Shown in pieces: positions 29,438 through 47,305 of a stretch of 64,000 nt of DNA. The translations under genes were made by a program, and so were the position numbers. Below the pieces are notes generated by a model that saw only the letters and a list, made by a program, of their open reading frames with translations, was not told the origin of the DNA and ran no database searches. Position 1 is the stretch's first letter. Each line of letters starts with the position of its first letter. The stretch lies in the NCBI RefSeq assembly GCF_054482595.1, contig NZ_CM137008.1; one strand, 5' to 3'.

Positions 29438-31366
29438 ATGCCTGTTATAACTCTTCCTGATGGCAGCCAACGCCATTACGATCACGCTGTAAGCCCCATG
29501 GATGTTGCGCTGGACATTGGTCCAGGTCTGGCGAAAGCCTGTATCGCAGGGCGCGTTAATGGCGAACTGGTTGATGCTTGCGATCTGATTGAAAACGACG
29601 CACAACTGTCGATCATTACCGCGAAAGACGAAGAAGGTCTGGAGATCATTCGTCACTCCTGTGCGCACCTGTTAGGGCACGCGATTAAACAACTTTGGCC
29701 GCATACCAAAATGGCAATCGGCCCGGTTATTGACAACGGTTTTTATTACGACGTTGATCTTGACCGCACGTTAACCCAGGAAGATGTCGAAGCACTCGAG
29801 AAGCGGATGCATGAGCTTGCTGAGAAAAACTACGACGTCATTAAGAAGAAAGTCAGCTGGCACGAAGCGCGTGAAACTTTCGCCAACCGTGGGGAGAGCT
29901 ACAAAGTCTCCATTCTTGACGAAAACATCGCCCATGATGACAAGCCAGGTCTGTACTTCCATGAAGAATATGTCGATATGTGCCGCGGTCCGCACGTACC
30001 GAACATGCGTTTCTGCCATCATTTCAAACTAATGAAAACGGCAGGGGCTTACTGGCGTGGCGACAGCAACAACAAAATGTTGCAACGTATTTACGGTACG
30101 GCGTGGGCAGACAAAAAAGCACTTAACGCTTACCTGCAGCGCCTGGAAGAAGCCGCGAAACGCGACCACCGTAAAATCGGTAAACAGCTCGACCTGTACC
30201 ATATGCAGGAAGAAGCGCCGGGTATGGTATTCTGGCACAACGACGGCTGGACCATCTTCCGTGAACTGGAAGTGTTTGTTCGTTCTAAACTGAAAGAGTA
30301 CCAGTATCAGGAAGTTAAAGGTCCGTTCATGATGGACCGTGTCCTGTGGGAAAAAACCGGTCACTGGGACAACTACAAAGATGCAATGTTCACCACGTCT
30401 TCTGAGAACCGTGAATACTGCATTAAGCCGATGAACTGCCCGGGTCACGTACAAATTTTCAACCAGGGGCTGAAGTCTTATCGCGATCTGCCGCTGCGTA
30501 TGGCCGAGTTTGGTAGCTGCCACCGTAACGAGCCGTCAGGTTCGCTGCATGGCCTGATGCGCGTGCGTGGATTTACCCAGGATGACGCGCATATCTTCTG
30601 TACTGAAGAACAAATTCGCGATGAAGTTAACGGATGTATCCGTTTAGTCTATGATATGTACAGCACTTTTGGCTTCGAGAAGATCGTCGTCAAACTCTCC
30701 ACTCGTCCTGAAAAACGTATTGGCAGCGACGAAATGTGGGATCGTGCTGAGGCGGACCTGGCGGTTGCGCTGGAAGAAAACAACATCCCGTTTGAATATC
30801 AACTGGGTGAAGGCGCTTTCTACGGTCCGAAAATTGAATTTACCCTGTATGACTGCCTCGATCGTGCATGGCAGTGCGGTACAGTACAGCTGGACTTCTC
30901 CTTGCCGTCTCGTCTGAGCGCCTCCTATGTGGGCGAAGACAACGAGCGTAAGGTACCGGTAATGATTCACCGCGCAATTCTTGGGTCGATGGAACGTTTC
31001 ATCGGTATCCTGACCGAAGAATTCGCTGGTTTCTTCCCGACCTGGCTTGCGCCGGTTCAGGTTGTTATCATGAATATTACCGATTCACAGTCTGATTACG
31101 TTAACGAATTGACGCAAAAACTATCAAATGCGGGCATTCGTGTTAAAGCAGACTTGAGAAATGAGAAGATTGGCTTTAAAATCCGCGAGCACACTTTGCG
31201 TCGCGTCCCATATATGCTGGTCTGTGGTGATAAAGAGGTGGAATCAGGCAAAGTTGCCGTTCGCACCCGCCGTGGTAAAGACCTGGGAAGCATGGACGTA
31301 AATGAAGTGATCGAGAAGCTGCAACAAGAGATTCGCAGCCGCAGTCTTAAACAATTGGAGGAATAA
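29438..31366 (+). CDS. thrS: threonyl-tRNA synthetase
   Basis: 642-aa ORF. Confidence 0.97.
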
Positions 31367-32206
<840 letters not shown>

Positions 32207-32231
32207 GCCGTTAACGTTTTTAACTTTTTAA

Positions 32232-32615
<384 letters not shown>

Positions 32616-32625
32616 GCCAGTTGAA

Positions 32626-32652
32626 AGAGGGAGCTAGTCTCCCTCTTTTCGT
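32626..32652 (+). terminator. rplT rho-independent terminator
   Basis: agagggagctagtctccctct hairpin followed by T-rich tract. Confidence 0.75.
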
Positions 32653-32737
32653 TTCAACGCCATCAAAACATTGACTTTTATCGCCGTAGCCTTTTCAATA
32701 AAGGTCTTTTGAAGAGTACCAAAAGGTAACGCAAGCA

Positions 32738-32782
32738 ATGAATGCTGCTATTTTCCGCTTCTTTTTTTACTTTAGCACCTGA
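32738..32782 (+). CDS. pheM: pheST leader peptide
   Basis: atg aat gct gct att ttc cgc ttc ttt ttt tac ttt agc acc tga = [14 protein letters not shown], Phe-rich leader. Confidence 0.9.
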
Positions 32783-32860
32783 ATCCAGGAGGCTAGCGCG
32801 TGAGAAGAGAAACGGAAAACAGCGCCTGAAAGCCTCCCAGTGGAGGCTTTTTTTGTATGC
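32783..32860 (+). promoter_or_regulatory. pheST transcription attenuator
   Basis: terminator hairpin aagcctcccagtggaggcttttttt at 32830-32856 downstream of leader peptide. Confidence 0.85.
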
Positions 32861-33022
32861 GCGTTTTGAAAAATAAAAAGCCAGTCTATCAGGCGTAATT
32901 GTCGCAGCCAGTCTGGACACGGCCAGTGCGGAGAAACCGGAGCGTACTTAAGTACGTGAGGATTTCGAGCACTGCCCGGGACCAAAATGGCAAGTAAAAT
33001 AGCCTGATGGGATAGGCTCTAA

Positions 33023-34048
<1,026 letters not shown>

Positions 34049-34059
34049 GGCAGGAATAG

Positions 34060-36450
<2,391 letters not shown>

Positions 36451-36454
36451 ACCT

Positions 36455-36754
36455 ATGGCGCTTACAAAAGCTGAAATGTCAGAATATCTGTTTGATAAGC
36501 TTGGGCTTAGCAAGCGGGATGCCAAAGAACTGGTTGAACTGTTTTTCGAAGAGATCCGTCGCGCTCTGGAAAACGGCGAACAGGTGAAACTCTCTGGTTT
36601 TGGTAACTTCGATCTGCGTGATAAGAATCAACGCCCGGGACGTAACCCGAAAACGGGCGAGGATATTCCCATTACAGCACGGCGCGTGGTGACCTTCAGA
36701 CCCGGGCAGAAGTTAAAAAGCCGGGTCGAAAACGCTTCGCCCAAAGACGAGTAA
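36455..36754 (+). CDS. ihfA: integration host factor alpha subunit
   Basis: 99-aa [60 protein letters not shown]. Confidence 0.97.
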
Positions 36755-36771
36755 TCTGATCTAACTAAAAA

Positions 36772-36792
36772 GGCCGCTCTGCGGCCTTTTTT
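36772..36792 (+). terminator. ihfA rho-independent terminator
   Basis: ggccgctctgcggcc hairpin followed by tttttt. Confidence 0.8.
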
Positions 36793-36854
36793 CTTTTCAC
36801 TGTCGAAGAGTCACCGTAAAATCAACGCCATGACACTTCAGCAGAACGGATACC

Positions 36855-37835
36855 ATGCTGACACTTGCCCGCCAACAACAGCGACAAAATATTCGCTGGT
36901 TATTATGCCTGTCAGTTTTGATGCTGCTGGCGCTTCTCTTAAGCCTTTGCGCCGGTGAACAATGGATTTCGCCAGGTGACTGGTTTTCTCCTCGTGGCGA
37001 ACTGTTCGTCTGGCAAATTCGCCTGCCACGTACGCTGGCTGTATTGCTGGTTGGTGCGGCGCTGGCTATATCCGGCGCTGTAATGCAGGCGTTGTTTGAA
37101 AATCCTCTGGCAGAACCTGGACTACTTGGCGTCTCTAACGGCGCAGGCGTGGGGCTTATCGCCGCGGTATTGCTTGGGCAAGGGCAACTCCCCAACTGGG
37201 CGCTAGGGCTGTGTGCGATTGCTGGCGCGCTTATCATCACTTTAATACTCTTACGTTTCGCCCGTCGTCATCTTTCGACCAGTCGGTTATTGCTGGCTGG
37301 CGTTGCATTAGGGATTATCTGTAGCGCACTAATGACGTGGGCTATCTACTTTTCCACCTCTGTTGATTTACGTCAGCTGATGTACTGGATGATGGGCGGT
37401 TTTGGCGGCGTAGACTGGCGGCAAAGCTGGCTGATGCTGGCATTGATCCCCGTGTTGTTGTGGATCTGTTGTCAGTCCAGGCCGATGAATATGTTAGCAC
37501 TTGGCGAGATCTCGGCGCGGCAACTGGGTTTACCCCTGTGGTTCTGGCGCAATGTGCTGGTGGCAGCGACCGGCTGGATGGTTGGCGTCAGTGTGGCGCT
37601 GGCGGGTGCTATCGGCTTTATTGGTCTGGTGATCCCACATATTCTCCGGTTGTGTGGTTTAACCGATCATCGCGCATTACTTCCCGGCTGCGCGCTGGCA
37701 GGGGCGAGCGCATTGCTGCTGGCCGATATTGTAGCGCGCCTGGCATTAGCTGCCGCAGAGCTGCCTATTGGCGTGGTCACCGCAACGTTGGGTGCGCCGG
37801 TGTTTATCTGGTTATTGTTAAAAGCAGGACGTTAG
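36855..37835 (+). CDS. btuC: vitamin B12 ABC transporter permease
   Basis: 326-aa polytopic ORF. Confidence 0.95.
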   Translation: MLTLARQQQRQNIRWLLCLSVLMLLALLLSLCAGEQWISPGDWFSPRGELFVWQIRLPRTLAVLLVGAALAISGAVMQALFENPLAEPGLLGVSNGAGVGLIAAVLLGQGQLPNWALGLCAIAGALIITLILLRFARRHLSTSRLLLAGVALGIICSALMTWAIYFSTSVDLRQLMYWMMGGFGGVDWRQSWLMLALIPVLLWICCQSRPMNMLALGEISARQLGLPLWFWRNVLVAATGWMVGVSVALAGAIGFIGLVIPHILRLCGLTDHRALLPGCALAGASALLLADIVARLALAAAELPIGVVTATLGAPVFIWLLLKAGR

Positions 37836-37897
37836 CCGCAAAAAGACGGTCTATGATTAAAAGCTAAGATTTTTACTGACCACACCCAGGAGAAACG

Positions 37898-38449
37898 ATG
37901 CAAGATTCCATTCTGACGACCGTAGTGAAAGATATCGACGGTGAAGTGACCACGCTGGAGAAGTTCGCCGGTAATGTGCTGTTGATTGTCAATGTCGCCT
38001 CAAAGTGTGGCTTAACGCCGCAATATGAGCAGTTGGAGAATATTCAGAAAGCCTGGGCCGATCGAGGTTTTGTGGTGCTGGGATTCCCGTGCAACCAGTT
38101 TCTGGAACAAGAACCGGGCAGCGATGAAGAGATTAAAACTTACTGTACCACCACATGGGGGGTGACGTTCCCGATGTTCAGTAAGATTGAAGTTAACGGC
38201 GAAGGACGCCATCCGCTGTATCAAAAATTGATTGCCGCAGCGCCGACCGCAGTCGCGCCGGAAGAGAGCGGATTCTATGCCCGTATGGTCAGCAAAGGTC
38301 GTGCACCGCTGTACCCTGATGATATTTTATGGAATTTTGAGAAATTTTTAGTTGGCAGGGACGGATTGGTCATCCAGCGTTTTTCCCCGGATATGACGCC
38401 GGAAGATCCCATTGTGATGGAAAGCATTAAACTGGCGTTGGCAAAATAA
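37898..38449 (+). CDS. btuE: glutathione-peroxidase-family protein
   Basis: 183-aa ORF. Confidence 0.93.
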
Positions 38450-39198
38450 TGTCTATTGTGATGCAGTTACAGGATGTTGCGGAATCTACCCGCCTGGGGC
38501 CGCTTTCTGGCGAGGTTCGGGCTGGGGAGATCCTGCACCTGGTGGGGCCGAATGGCGCGGGTAAGAGTACCTTACTGGCACGAATGGCCGGAATGACCAG
38601 CGGTAAGGGAAGCATTCAGTTCGCGGGGCAACCACTGGAAGCATGGTCCGCAACAAAACTCGCGCTGCATCGCGCCTATCTTTCACAACAGCAGACGCCG
38701 CCGTTTGCAATGCCGGTCTGGCACTACCTGACACTGCATCAGCACGATAAAACGCGTACCGAACTACTGAATGATGTCGCAGGGGCGCTGGCTCTTGATG
38801 ACAAACTCGGACGTAGCACCAATCAACTTTCCGGCGGTGAATGGCAACGCGTACGTCTTGCTGCGGTGGTGCTGCAAATCACACCACAAGCCAATCCCGC
38901 AGGCCAATTGCTGCTTCTTGATGAGCCGATGAACAGTCTTGATGTTGCGCAACAAAGTGCGTTAGACAAAATTCTGAGCGCGCTGTGTCAGCAAGGACTG
39001 GCGATTGTGATGAGCAGTCACGATCTAAACCACACGTTGCGTCATGCGCATCGGGCGTGGTTGCTAAAAGGTGGAAAAATGCTGGCCAGTGGACGCAGAG
39101 AAGAGGTGCTCACGCCGCCAAATCTGGCGCAGGCCTATGGGATGAATTTTCGCCGTCTGGATATCGAAGGTCACAGAATGCTGATTTCGACCATCTGA
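38449..39198 (+). CDS. btuD: vitamin B12 ABC transporter ATPase
   Basis: 249-aa ORF with Walker [10 protein letters not shown]; start overlaps btuE stop. Confidence 0.95.
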
Positions 39199-39275
39199 TT
39201 TCATTAGTATCTTGAAAATCGGGTAATTACGACGCTAAATTAATGCAAGAATAAAAAACAGAGGAACCATACGGA

Positions 39276-39740
39276 ATGCGTTTCTGCCTTATTTTGATCA
39301 CAGCACTGTTTCTGGCCGGGTGTAGCCACCATAAAGCACCGCCGCCAAATGCCAGACTTTCTGATTCGATTACCGTTATTGCCGGTTTGAACGACCAGCT
39401 ACAAAGCTGGCATGGCACGCCGTATCGTTATGGTGGCATGACGCGGCGCGGTGTGGACTGTTCGGGATTTGTGGTTGTGACGATGCGCGATCGTTTCGAT
39501 TTACAGCTGCCCCGAGAAACCAAAGAACAAGCCTCTATCGGCACGCAAATTGATAAAGACGAGTTGCTGCCTGGTGACCTGGTCTTTTTCAAAACGGGTT
39601 CCGGACAAAATGGTTTGCATGTAGGTATTTACGATACCAACAACCAATTTATCCACGCCTCTACCAGCAAGGGAGTGATGCGTTCCTCACTTGATAATGT
39701 CTATTGGCAGAAAAATTTCTGGCAGGCGAGACGAATCTAG
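39276..39740 (+). CDS. nlpC: NlpC/P60-family lipoprotein
   Basis: 154-aa ORF with lipobox LAGC. Confidence 0.92.
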   Translation: MRFCLILITALFLAGCSHHKAPPPNARLSDSITVIAGLNDQLQSWHGTPYRYGGMTRRGVDCSGFVVVTMRDRFDLQLPRETKEQASIGTQIDKDELLPGDLVFFKTGSGQNGLHVGIYDTNNQFIHASTSKGVMRSSLDNVYWQKNFWQARRI

Positions 39741-39986
39741 TATGTCGAAAATTGGACGGCGATGATACATCGCCGTCCATTTACTCCAGAATACAGTAGT
39801 ATTTTGCAGACAAAAATTCCGTAAATGGATTATTCGTTTATAATCAGGATAATCTAAAAAAAGGACCCCTGAAAAAGTGGTTAACATGGAACAAATGAAA
39901 GTTACTCCTTATGTAATTGTTATGTCTTATGGCCTCATCCCTTTTAGCCGGATACTGAAAAACATCCTTCGAGAGGGACGGTTACC

Positions 39987-40700
39987 ATGAAGATTTTTTT
40001 GGAGAATCTTTATCATTCTGATTGCTATTTCCTGCCGATAAGAGATAACCAGCAAGACCTTGTCGGCGTTGAGTTAATTACCCATTTCTCCAGTGAAGAT
40101 GGCACGGTGCGTATCCCGACGAGTCGGGTTATAGCGCAACTTACCGCGGAGCAACATTGGCAATTATTTTCAGAGCAGTTGGAATTACTAAAATCATGCC
40201 AACATTTTTTTATTCAACATAAACTCTTTGCCTGGCTTAATTTAACGCCACAAGTGGCTACATTATTATTAGACAGGGATAATTACGCGGGCGAACTATT
40301 AAAATATCCGTTTATTGAACTGTTGATTAATGAGAATTACCCGCATCTCAATGAAGGAAAAGATAATCGCGATCTTTTGTCCTTATCGCAAATGTATCCC
40401 CTTGTGTTAGGTAATTTGGGAGCAGGCAATAGCACAATGAAAGCGGTTTTTGATGGTCTTTTCACCCGCGTCATGCTGGATAAAAGTTTTATTCAGCAAC
40501 AAATCACGCATCGCTCCTTCGAACCGTTTATTCGTGCGATCCAGGCGCAAATTTCCCCTTGTTGCAATTGCATCATCGCGGGGGGCATTGATACGACAGA
40601 AATATTGGCACAGATTACCCCCTTCGATTTCCATGCTCTCCAGGGATGCCTGTGGCCTGCCGTTCCTATAAATCAGATAACGACGTTGGTTCAGCGATAA
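39987..40700 (+). CDS. ydiV: EAL-like anti-FlhDC factor YdiV
   Basis: 237-aa ORF. Confidence 0.88.
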   Translation: MKIFLENLYHSDCYFLPIRDNQQDLVGVELITHFSSEDGTVRIPTSRVIAQLTAEQHWQLFSEQLELLKSCQHFFIQHKLFAWLNLTPQVATLLLDRDNYAGELLKYPFIELLINENYPHLNEGKDNRDLLSLSQMYPLVLGNLGAGNSTMKAVFDGLFTRVMLDKSFIQQQITHRSFEPFIRAIQAQISPCCNCIIAGGIDTTEILAQITPFDFHALQGCLWPAVPINQITTLVQR

Positions 40701-40723
40701 CCCTCCTGTTTGCTGGTGTTTAA

Positions 40724-42199
<1,476 letters not shown>

Positions 42200-42202
42200 A
42201 GG

Positions 42203-42394
42203 CTACTTGGTCAACAGCAGCTTGCCAGCCTGAGTTTTACGGAGCAGATATTCTTGCCCGTCATGATCGATAATCAGTTTGCCATCCGGACCTAACAGTG
42301 TCTGGCTGGAAATTCGCCGAATAGGCTGCGGGGAAGCGGTCTTGTGATTGGCATCCGTTTCAGGCGTGAGTTTTCTGCTATCCGTATAACGCAT
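42203..42394 (-). CDS. ydiE: HemP-like small protein YdiE
   Basis: ORF 42203..42421; start at [12 protein letters not shown] by recall. Confidence 0.8.
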
Positions 42395-42402
42395 AAAAAT
42401 TA

Positions 42403-42440
42403 ATAATAATTGATATAACAATGATTCTTATTATCAATAT
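42403..42440 (-). promoter_or_regulatory. candidate Fur box upstream of ydiE
   Basis: aataataattgatataacaatgattcttattatcaat contains aatgattcttattatc, close to Fur consensus aatgataatcattatc. Confidence 0.5.
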
Positions 42441-42525
42441 TATGGCTGACCAGAGCAAGCAGTAATGTGTTGAGAAGACAACAAGTTGCGCAGAAATGCC
42501 CATCCCATCAGGAATGGGCACGCAT

Positions 42526-43572
42526 TCAGAAGCGGGTATCTACCGCAGAGGCGAGTTTTTCGACCAGGCGTTCGGTATCTTCCCAGCCCAGACACGGGTC
42601 GGTAATGGATTGACCGTAAGTGAGCGGCTGACCGCCGACGATTTTTTGCGTTCCTTCGCGCAGGAAACTTTCCGCCATAATTCCAGCAATCGCCGTAGAG
42701 CCATTGCGGATTTGCTGACAAATATCCTCACAAACTTCTAACTGGCGACGGTGCTGCTTCTGGCAGTTACCGTGGCTGAAATCCACCACCAGATGTTCAG
42801 GTAAATCAAACTCGTGCAGCGTATCGCAGGCTGCGGCGATATCATCGGCATGATAATTCGGTTTTTTGCCGCCACGCATAATAATGTGGCCATACGGGTT
42901 GCCGCTGGTCTGATAGATGGTCATCTGACCATTTTTGTCTGGCGAGAGGAACATATGGCTGGCGCGGGCTGCGCGGATAGCATCCACAGCAATCCGCGTA
43001 TTGCCATCGGTACCATTTTTAAAACCTACCGGACAGGAGAGTGCCGAAGCCATTTCACGGTGGATCTGACTTTCGGTAGTACGTGCGCCAATCGCGCCCC
43101 AACTGATTAAATCAGCAATAAACTGACCGGTCACCATATCGAGGAACTCAGTCGCGGTTGGGACGCCCAGCTCATTTACCTGTAAAAGTAATTTGCGCGC
43201 CAGCTCCAGACCGTGATTTACCCGATAGCTGCCGTTTAAATCTGGATCGGAGATTAGTCCTTTCCAGCCGACAACAGTTCGTGGTTTTTCAAAATAGGTG
43301 CGCATTACGATTTCCAGCCGTGACTGGTACTGGTTGCGCAGCGACTGCAGACGGGTGGCGTACTCCATTGCAGCGGTGAGATCGTGGATCGAGCAGGGGC
43401 CAATAATGACCAACAGTCGCTTATCTTCACCATTGAGTATTTTTTCAATTCTGCGGCGGGAGTCGGTGACATGGGTGGCGACGCCAGGCGTTACGGGATA
43501 CCGTAGCGCGAGTTCGGCGGGCGTTACCAGGCTCTCAATACGCGCAGTACGGAGTTCGTCAGTTCTGTTCAT
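42526..43572 (-). CDS. aroH: DAHP synthase, Trp-sensitive
   Basis: ORF 42526..43695; start at MNRTDELRTARIESLV gives the 348-aa AroH. Confidence 0.93.
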   Translation of the reverse strand: MNRTDELRTARIESLVTPAELALRYPVTPGVATHVTDSRRRIEKILNGEDKRLLVIIGPCSIHDLTAAMEYATRLQSLRNQYQSRLEIVMRTYFEKPRTVVGWKGLISDPDLNGSYRVNHGLELARKLLLQVNELGVPTATEFLDMVTGQFIADLISWGAIGARTTESQIHREMASALSCPVGFKNGTDGNTRIAVDAIRAARASHMFLSPDKNGQMTIYQTSGNPYGHIIMRGGKKPNYHADDIAAACDTLHEFDLPEHLVVDFSHGNCQKQHRRQLEVCEDICQQIRNGSTAIAGIMAESFLREGTQKIVGGQPLTYGQSITDPCLGWEDTERLVEKLASAVDTRF

Positions 43573-43717
43573 TACAAGTCTCAGAAATTTGTTGCTTCTA
43601 CGGCAGGACTGCCGGGAAGTGATGCGCATCACGATAAACCAATCGCTGCTGATTTCAAGTGCGAGGTGTGTCACACCTCGCCGGGTGGTTAGCATGATAA
43701 CAAAAAAATAAGCTAAT

Positions 43718-43735
43718 GCACTAGTTCTTTAGTAC
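43718..43735 (-). promoter_or_regulatory. candidate TrpR operator in aroH promoter
   Basis: reverse strand reads gtactaaagaactagtgc, close to the aroH TrpR operator palindrome; overlaps ppsR stop codon. Confidence 0.45.
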
Positions 43736-44562
43736 ATTCGGCGACTAAGGCCCATGATATCGAGGATCTTGGTGGCAATCTCTTCTACCGAATAATTGGT
43801 ACTGTTAATCCACGGGATCTGATTTTTACGGTACAAGGCTTCCACTTCCGCGACTTCCATCCTGCACTGACGAAGCGAGGCATAGCGACTGTTCTCCCGA
43901 CGTTCCTCGCGAATCGCCGCCAGACGTTCCGGGTCGATAGTCAGGCCGAACAATTTATGCTGAAGCGGTTTGAGCGACGCGGGTAGCACCAGATTATCCA
44001 TATCGTCGGCAATAAAGGGGTAGTTTGCCGCGCGGATACCAAATTGCATTGCCAGATACAGACTGGTGGGGGTTTTACCACAGCGAGAAACACCGAGCAG
44101 GATCACCTGAGCCTGATCCAGATTGCGCAACGAAATGCCGTCATCGTGGGCGAGGGTGTAATCAATCGCCGCAATGCGCGCATCATATTTATTGAGATTA
44201 TTAGGGTTAAGGCCATGGGTACGATGAGCAATCGGCGTTGGATCCAGTTTCATCTCTTGTTGTAGCGGGGCAACCAGCGCCTGAACGATATCCTGGCAAA
44301 AACCTTCACTTTGCAAGATGATGGCGCGAATCTCCGGCAACACGATGGAGTAGAAGACCAGCGGGCGCACGCCTGTCTGGTGATAAATTGCGTCAATCTG
44401 ATCCTTCACTGCCCGTGCACGGCTCTCATTTTCGACAAACGGCAGCGTGATGCTGCTGATAGTGACGGGAAATTGTGACATTACTGCGTGTCCTAATACC
44501 TCCGCAGTTATTGCCGTACCATCAGAAATATAAAAAACGTGGCGATCAACAGCATTATCCAT
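43729..44562 (-). CDS. ppsR: PEP synthetase regulatory protein (bifunctional kinase/phosphotransferase)
   Basis: 277-aa ORF with P-loop GVSRCGKT. Confidence 0.93.
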
Positions 44563-44894
44563 TTTGTTCTTCCCGTGATGCAGACATAATTCTATGAAAG
44601 CATAAATTAAAAACGCACAGAAGCGTAGAACGTTATGTCTGGTTTATAAAATGAACCTTCAATTTTATTTTTTATGAAAACAGCATTTCATTTTTATGGT
44701 TTCGTTTATACCGATGGTTTATGTGGAAATTGTCGAAGAGAGCAGATTTGCGCAACGCTGGGATCAGTCTTAAAAAGTAAAAAAATATATTTGCTTGAAC
44801 GATTCACCGTTTTTTTCATCCGGTTAAATATGCAAAGATAAATGCGCAGAAATGTGTTTCTCAAACCGTTCATTTATCACAAAAGGATTGTTCG

Positions 44895-47273
44895 ATGTCC
44901 AACAATGGCTCGTCACCGCTGGTGCTTTGGTATAACCAACTCGGCATGAATGATGTAGACAGGGTTGGGGGCAAAAATGCCTCCCTGGGTGAAATGATTA
45001 CTAACCTTTCCGGAATGGGTGTTTCCGTTCCGAATGGTTTCGCCACAACCGCCGACGCGTTTAACCAGTTTCTGGACCAAAGCGGCGTAAACCAGCGCAT
45101 TTATGAACTGCTGGATAAAACGGATATTGACGATGTTACTCAGCTTGCGAAAGCGGGCGCGCAAATCCGCCAGTGGATTATCGACACTCCCTTCCAGCCT
45201 GAGCTGGAAAACGCCATCCGCGAAGCCTATGCACAGCTTTCCGCCGATGACGAAAATGCCTCTTTTGCGGTGCGCTCCTCCGCCACCGCAGAAGATATGC
45301 CGGACGCTTCTTTTGCCGGTCAGCAGGAAACCTTCCTCAACGTTCAGGGTTTTGACGCCGTTCTCGTGGCAGTGAAACATGTATTTGCTTCTCTGTTTAA
45401 CGATCGCGCCATCTCTTATCGTGTGCACCAGGGTTACGATCACCGTGGTGTGGCGCTCTCCGCCGGTGTTCAACGGATGGTGCGCTCTGACCTCGCATCA
45501 TCTGGCGTGATGTTCTCCATTGATACCGAATCCGGCTTTGACCAGGTGGTGTTTATCACTTCCGCATGGGGCCTTGGTGAGATGGTCGTGCAGGGTGCGG
45601 TTAACCCGGATGAGTTTTACGTGCATAAACCGACACTGGCGGCGAATCGCCCGGCTATCGTGCGCCGCACCATGGGGTCGAAAAAAATCCGCATGGTTTA
45701 CGCGCCGACCCAGGAGCACGGCAAGCAGGTTAAAATCGAAGACGTACCGCAGGAACAGCGTGACATCTTCTCGCTGACCAACGAAGAAGTGCAGGAACTG
45801 GCAAAACAGGCCGTACAAATTGAGAAACACTACGGTCGCCCGATGGATATTGAGTGGGCGAAAGATGGCCACACCGGTAAACTGTTCATTGTGCAGGCGC
45901 GTCCGGAAACCGTGCGCTCACGCGGTCAGGTCATGGAGCGTTATACGCTGCATTCACAGGGTAAGATTATCGCCGAAGGCCGTGCTATCGGTCATCGCAT
46001 CGGTGCGGGTCCGGTGAAAGTCATCCATGACATCAGCGAAATGAACCGCATCGAACCTGGTGACGTGCTGGTCACTGACATGACCGACCCGGACTGGGAA
46101 CCGATCATGAAGAAAGCATCTGCCATCGTCACCAACCGTGGCGGTCGTACCTGTCACGCGGCGATCATCGCTCGTGAACTGGGCATTCCGGCGGTAGTGG
46201 GCTGTGGTGATGCAACAGAACGGATGAAAGACGGTGAGAACGTCACTGTTTCTTGTGCCGAAGGTGATACCGGTTACGTCTATGCGGAGTTGCTGGAATT
46301 TAGCGTGAAAAGCTCCAGCGTAGAAACGATGCCGGATCTGCCGTTGAAAGTGATGATGAACGTCGGTAACCCGGACCGAGCTTTCGACTTCGCCTGTCTG
46401 CCGAACGAAGGCGTGGGACTTGCGCGTCTGGAATTTATCATCAACCGTATGATTGGCGTCCACCCACGCGCACTGCTTGAGTTTGACGATCAGGAACCGC
46501 AGTTGCAAAACGAAATCCGCGAGATGATGAAAGGTTTTGATTCTCCGCGTGAATTTTACGTTGGTCGTCTGACTGAAGGGATCGCGACGCTGGGTGCCGC
46601 GTTTTATCCGAAGCGCGTCATTGTCCGTCTCTCTGATTTTAAATCGAACGAATATGCCAACCTGGTCGGTGGTGAGCGTTACGAGCCAGATGAAGAGAAC
46701 CCGATGCTCGGCTTCCGTGGCGCGGGACGCTATATTTCCGACAGCTTCCGCGACTGTTTCGCGCTGGAGTGCGAAGCAGTGAAACGTGTGCGCAACGACA
46801 TGGGGCTGACCAACGTTGAGATCATGATCCCGTTCGTGCGTACCGTAGATCAGGCGAAAGCGGTGGTTGAAGAACTGGCGCGTCAGGGGCTGAAACGTGG
46901 TGAGAACGGGCTGAAAATCATCATGATGTGTGAAATCCCGTCCAACGCCTTGCTGGCCGAGCAGTTCCTCGAATATTTCGACGGCTTCTCAATTGGCTCA
47001 AACGACATGACGCAGCTGGCGCTCGGTCTGGATCGTGACTCTGGCGTGGTGTCTGAACTGTTCGATGAGCGCAACGATGCGGTGAAAGCACTGCTGTCGA
47101 TGGCGATTCGTGCCGCGAAGAAACAGGGCAAATATGTCGGGATTTGCGGTCAGGGTCCGTCCGACCACGAAGACTTTGCCGCATGGTTGATGGAAGAGGG
47201 GATCGATAGCCTGTCTCTGAACCCGGACACCGTGGTGCAAACCTGGTTAAGCCTGGCTGAACTGAAGAAATAA
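44895..47273 (+). CDS. ppsA: phosphoenolpyruvate synthase
   Basis: 792-aa ORF. Confidence 0.97.
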   Translation: MSNNGSSPLVLWYNQLGMNDVDRVGGKNASLGEMITNLSGMGVSVPNGFATTADAFNQFLDQSGVNQRIYELLDKTDIDDVTQLAKAGAQIRQWIIDTPFQPELENAIREAYAQLSADDENASFAVRSSATAEDMPDASFAGQQETFLNVQGFDAVLVAVKHVFASLFNDRAISYRVHQGYDHRGVALSAGVQRMVRSDLASSGVMFSIDTESGFDQVVFITSAWGLGEMVVQGAVNPDEFYVHKPTLAANRPAIVRRTMGSKKIRMVYAPTQEHGKQVKIEDVPQEQRDIFSLTNEEVQELAKQAVQIEKHYGRPMDIEWAKDGHTGKLFIVQARPETVRSRGQVMERYTLHSQGKIIAEGRAIGHRIGAGPVKVIHDISEMNRIEPGDVLVTDMTDPDWEPIMKKASAIVTNRGGRTCHAAIIARELGIPAVVGCGDATERMKDGENVTVSCAEGDTGYVYAELLEFSVKSSSVETMPDLPLKVMMNVGNPDRAFDFACLPNEGVGLARLEFIINRMIGVHPRALLEFDDQEPQLQNEIREMMKGFDSPREFYVGRLTEGIATLGAAFYPKRVIVRLSDFKSNEYANLVGGERYEPDEENPMLGFRGAGRYISDSFRDCFALECEAVKRVRNDMGLTNVEIMIPFVRTVDQAKAVVEELARQGLKRGENGLKIIMMCEIPSNALLAEQFLEYFDGFSIGSNDMTQLALGLDRDSGVVSELFDERNDAVKALLSMAIRAAKKQGKYVGICGQGPSDHEDFAAWLMEEGIDSLSLNPDTVVQTWLSLAELKK

Positions 47274-47280
47274 AATAAAT

Positions 47281-47305
47281 ACCCGGCGGCGTTTTGTCGC
47301 CGGGT
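47281..47305 (+). terminator. hairpin downstream of ppsA
   Basis: acccggcggcgttttgtcgccgggt inverted repeat just after ppsA stop. Confidence 0.6.

Noticed and set aside
44913-45473. 186-aa reverse-strand ORF within ppsA
   Set aside because: Antisense to intact ppsA; no supporting features
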